IMG/VR virus record: IMGVR_UViG_3300038315_000539
Coordinates: 1 to 26,551 of that record
Length of the DNA stretch: 26,551 nt
DNA from: a virus
Taxonomy: Duplodnaviria; Caudoviricetes
Reading direction: 5' to 3' (one strand)
Under the pieces are notes generated by a model. That model was given only the letters and a program-made list of their open reading frames with translations, was not told the origin of the DNA and did no database searches. The translations under genes were made by a program, and so were the position numbers. The stretch's first letter is position 1. Each line of letters opens with the position of its first letter. Shown here one piece after another: positions 26,221 through 26,551 of the stretch.

Positions 26221-26390
26221 TTTATTCTCCTTAGAGATTTGCGGGTTGAGGTTTTCCATTGTGTTCGGTTACACCAACACTCTGGTTCGGTACATCGTTT
26301 GGGTTTGGGTGTCCACCACCCAACAGGTGGTTCGGTTGGAGGTTCACGCTCCATTGCTTGAGGGCTACCGACGATTAGTTTCTTAGGCAT
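26217..26390 (-). CDS. small hypothetical protein (57 aa), not in ORF track
   Basis: GAGGAG RBS; MPKKLIVGSPQAMEREPPTEPPVGWW...CTEPECWC...RRIK*; ATGA overlap with the DUF932 gene. Confidence 0.55.
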   Translation of the reverse strand: MPKKLIVGSPQAMEREPPTEPPVGWWTPKPKRCTEPECWCNRTQWKTSTRKSLRRIK

Positions 26391-26429
26391 CGCAACTCCT
26401 CGTTTGCTTTTTCAGTTCTTCCGTGGCTT

Positions 26430-26551
26430 TTACTTTCTTAGGTGTGGGTTTAAAACCTTTAGCGTCCATCCATCGTAGGTGAATTGACGTTCATCAGTTT
26501 TAGTTTCGATTAGTTCATCTTCCTCGAACAATTCTGACACAAGTAAGTGGA
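26430..26551 (-). CDS. 3' end of a hypothetical gene running off the window (partial)
   Basis: Open frame ...HLLVSELFEEDELIETKTDERQFTYDGWTLKVLNPHLRK* from the window edge. Confidence 0.4.
   Translation of the reverse strand, partial: HLLVSELFEEDELIETKTDERQFTYDGWTLKVLNPHLRK

Noticed and set aside
1-26551. tRNA, reverse transcriptase/DGR, integrase or alternative genetic code
   Set aside because: No cloverleaf, RT or recombinase motifs seen; genes are long and tightly coupled under the standard code with all three stops in use.

Overview
This window is a fragment of a tailed dsDNA bacteriophage genome, most likely a short-tailed (podovirus-like) phage of a Gram-negative host; no host genes, rRNA, tRNA or CRISPR array were recognised. 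It has four blocks. (1) 1-13353 (+): end of the virion module, with the tail end of a probable tail/head-closure gene, a GNAT acetyltransferase, several probable internal-virion (ejection) proteins and a 3116-aa polyvalent-type protein with a zincin-like HExxxH motif. (2) 13334-19667 (-): recombination and nucleotide-metabolism arm (DUF968-like HNH, NinB, probable ssDNA-annealing protein, PD-(D/E)XK exonuclease, SSB, class II ribonucleotide reductase, metallophosphoesterase). (3) 19706-24050 (+): replication arm (HTH protein, initiator with four internal 24-bp iteron-like repeats, SF4 helicase, endonuclease, FkbM methyltransferase, Q-like protein). (4) 24169-26551 (-): probable early genes (DUF932, small SAM methyltransferase, several small Cys-rich or membrane peptides). 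The most interesting signals are non-coding: a bidirectional sigma70-type promoter whose two -10 boxes overlap at the switch between arms 2 and 3, with no cI/cro pair; a lambda-like origin inside the initiator gene; a 21-bp palindromic element repeated 535 bp apart around a micro-ORF cassette; and tandem 10-mers plus an extended -10 after the Q-like gene. All protein calls are from motif recognition by eye, not database searches, and I cannot claim a demonstrably new system.
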